From Candidatus Falkowbacteria bacterium (GTDB lineage Bacteria; Patescibacteriota; Patescibacteriia; Patescibacteriales; UBA12465): a DNA stretch of 64,000 nt. Every line of letters starts with the position of its first letter. Positions within the stretch are counted from its first letter, which is position 1. The DNA is taken from the NCBI GenBank assembly GCA_037137655.1, contig JBAXJX010000002.1, forward strand, positions 165,730 through 229,729, in the 5' to 3' direction. Positions 62,889 to 64,000 of this stretch are shown piece by piece. A program made the translations under genes and the position numbers. Under the pieces are notes generated by a model that had not been told where the DNA came from, ran no database searches, and saw only the letters and a program-made list of their open reading frames with translations.

Positions 62889-63275
62889 ATGGGAAATTTT
62901 TTAACTTTTAACTTTTGGTTTGATTATTACTTTACTCCACTGACACCATGGTGTTTTAATATTTTTGTGGCTGCGGTTGCTATTTTTATCGTTGCTACGA
63001 TTGTTTTTCTAATCTTAAAATTAAAGGCTCAGACCAAGAAAAAATTGTGGTCAGAAATTTTTGATTTTTCTTTAGGTAATGCCGTTATTGGTTTAATTTT
63101 ATTATTAGTTTACTACGAGGAAGTTAATTTCTTTTCCGCTCGCATTTGGTTCGCCTTCTGGTTTATTGAAATTATTTTTTGGGCTTGGCATTTAGTTAAA
63201 TACGGTAAAACCTTTTTTGCTAAAAGAGATGATGCTAAAGCACAAGACACTTTTAAAAAATATTTGCCTAAATAA
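62889..63275 (+). CDS. Hypothetical membrane protein (3-4 TM)
   Basis: 128 aa and hydrophobic. It is the last gene of the 59841-63275 co-directional cluster. Confidence 0.6.
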   Translation: MGNFLTFNFWFDYYFTPLTPWCFNIFVAAVAIFIVATIVFLILKLKAQTKKKLWSEIFDFSLGNAVIGLILLLVYYEEVNFFSARIWFAFWFIEIIFWAWHLVKYGKTFFAKRDDAKAQDTFKKYLPK

Positions 63276-63298
63276 GTAATAAATAAAAACAAAATAAT

Positions 63299-63335
63299 TA
63301 GCCCTCTCCTTTTTTGGTGAGGGCTTTTTTGTTTT
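63299..63335 (+). terminator. Intrinsic terminator
   Basis: Reads agccctc-tccttttttggt-gagggct-tttttgttttt. Confidence 0.65.
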
Positions 63336-63345
63336 TAAAAAAAAT

Positions 63346-63708
63346 ATGGAAAATGATGACAAAAAATTAGGAGTCTTGGGTGAGGAAATCGCGGTAAAAT
63401 ATTTATTATCCCACGGTTATCAAATTTTGGATCGTAATTGGCGCGACGGCCACAAGGAGTTGGATATTGTGACGCGCTTAGATGGGATGACTATTTTTGT
63501 GGAAGTGAAGTTGCGCCGCGATTTATCGTTTAGTGGCGAAATTGGCGCACTCCATCGCGATCAAATTAAAACTTTGCGCTTAGCCATTTTAAGCTATTGT
63601 TTTAAACACCGCATTGATTTGGAAAAAACACGGCTAGATTTAATTATTGTCAGTCCAGATTTTGTTAAAAAAGTGGCGCGCATTAAATATTTCCCTGGTC
63701 TTTATTAA
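63346..63708 (+). CDS. yraN: YraN-family (UPF0102) endonuclease-like protein
   Basis: 120 aa with GEEIAVKYLLSHGYQILDRNWR...ELDIV...FVEVK motifs. Confidence 0.85.
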   Translation: MENDDKKLGVLGEEIAVKYLLSHGYQILDRNWRDGHKELDIVTRLDGMTIFVEVKLRRDLSFSGEIGALHRDQIKTLRLAILSYCFKHRIDLEKTRLDLIIVSPDFVKKVARIKYFPGLY

Positions 63709-64000
63709 TTTTTATTAAACGAAGCTTGAGCTTGAATAGATTTTTTATAAAGAGAAGCGAGTCTTTAAGAACTTTAACTTTGCTGGTTCTTTGCTCATAA
63801 CGATTTTCTTGCCAGTCAACTGGAATCTCCTTTATTTTAAATTTGAAATTATTAGTAAAGGCGATGAGCTCGGTGTCGAAAAACCATTTGTCATCTTGAA
63901 TATATGGTGCGATTTTAACGAAGACTTCTTTTTTAATTGCTTTAAAGCCGCACTGCATGTCGGAAAAGCTATGACCCAAAATTAATCTGGAAAGGAAGTT
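63683..64000 (-). CDS. Family 2 glycosyltransferase, C-terminal part (gene continues beyond window end)
   Basis: The reverse frame is open to the window edge. ...DMQCGFKAIKKEVF...DDKWFFDTELI... is typical of GT2 / dolichyl-phosphate glycosyltransferase-like enzymes. Confidence 0.75.
   Translation of the reverse strand, partial: NFLSRLILGHSFSDMQCGFKAIKKEVFVKIAPYIQDDKWFFDTELIAFTNNFKFKIKEIPVDWQENRYEQRTSKVKVLKDSLLFIKNLFKLKLRLIKINKDQGNI

Noticed and set aside
1-64000. Possibility of an alternative genetic code (UGA recoding, as in some CPR lineages).
   Set aside because: Long conserved genes (smc, topA, pheT, proS) are uninterrupted under code 11. TGA also terminates well-defined genes at the expected length (DHH gene at 23067-23069, comM at 59770-59772).
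1-64000. CRISPR arrays, rRNA genes, transposases, integrases and known defence genes.
   Set aside because: I saw no regularly spaced direct repeats, no rRNA-like sequence, and no DDE, tyrosine or serine recombinase or Cas-like motifs in any frame.

Overview
This is an AT-rich (about one-third G+C by eye), gene-dense chromosomal window. The gene content suggests a Candidate Phyla Radiation / Patescibacteria (Parcubacteria-like) bacterium. It uses the standard bacterial code: TGA serves as a stop, for example at 23067-23069 and at the end of comM, and the long ORFs are uninterrupted.

I call about 79 protein genes and 7 tRNAs: His-GUG, Arg-UCU, Ile-UAU, Gly-GCC, Asp-GUC, Val-UAC and Leu-GAG. 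I also call many sigma70-type promoters with very regular TTGACA-17 nt-TAnnnT geometry, and many intrinsic terminators, often bidirectional at convergent gene junctions.

The backbone is housekeeping:
- Translation and RNA: truB, der, pth, pheST, proS, def, rplS, tsaE, greA, a DksA-like factor and a SpoU methyltransferase.
- DNA: dprA-topA, smc, comM/yifB and yraN.
- Envelope: an LCP protein, ddl, a D-Ala-D-Ala carboxypeptidase, lspA, a polysaccharide deacetylase, several glycosyltransferases, DedA and a GH-A hydrolase.
- Other: peptidases pepF/pepE, a ZIP transporter and a partial P-type ATPase.

I saw no rRNA, CRISPR array, transposase, integrase or recognisable defence system.

The observations most worth follow-up are:
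1. A perfect 19-bp direct repeat (54536-54554 and 56592-56610) brackets two ORFan genes plus def.
2. A GIY-YIG nuclease gene lies between inverted GC-rich palindromic repeats and truncates a Bro-N gene, with a related palindromic element after topA.
3. Two tandem paralogous proteins end in an RNA polymerase alpha-CTD-like helix-hairpin-helix domain.
4. A CoaD (PPAT) is fused to a CoaE-like P-loop kinase.
5. An orphan strong terminator follows a GC-enriched, self-complementary 250-nt non-coding stretch upstream of ykgJ-ddl. This is a candidate sRNA or leader.
6. A small-protein gene is tandemly duplicated together with its promoter, and one copy is frameshifted at its 5' end.
7. Two near-identical 36-nt terminator modules flank a 2.5-kb ORFan block.

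All functional calls rest on motif and family recognition by eye. No database search was run.
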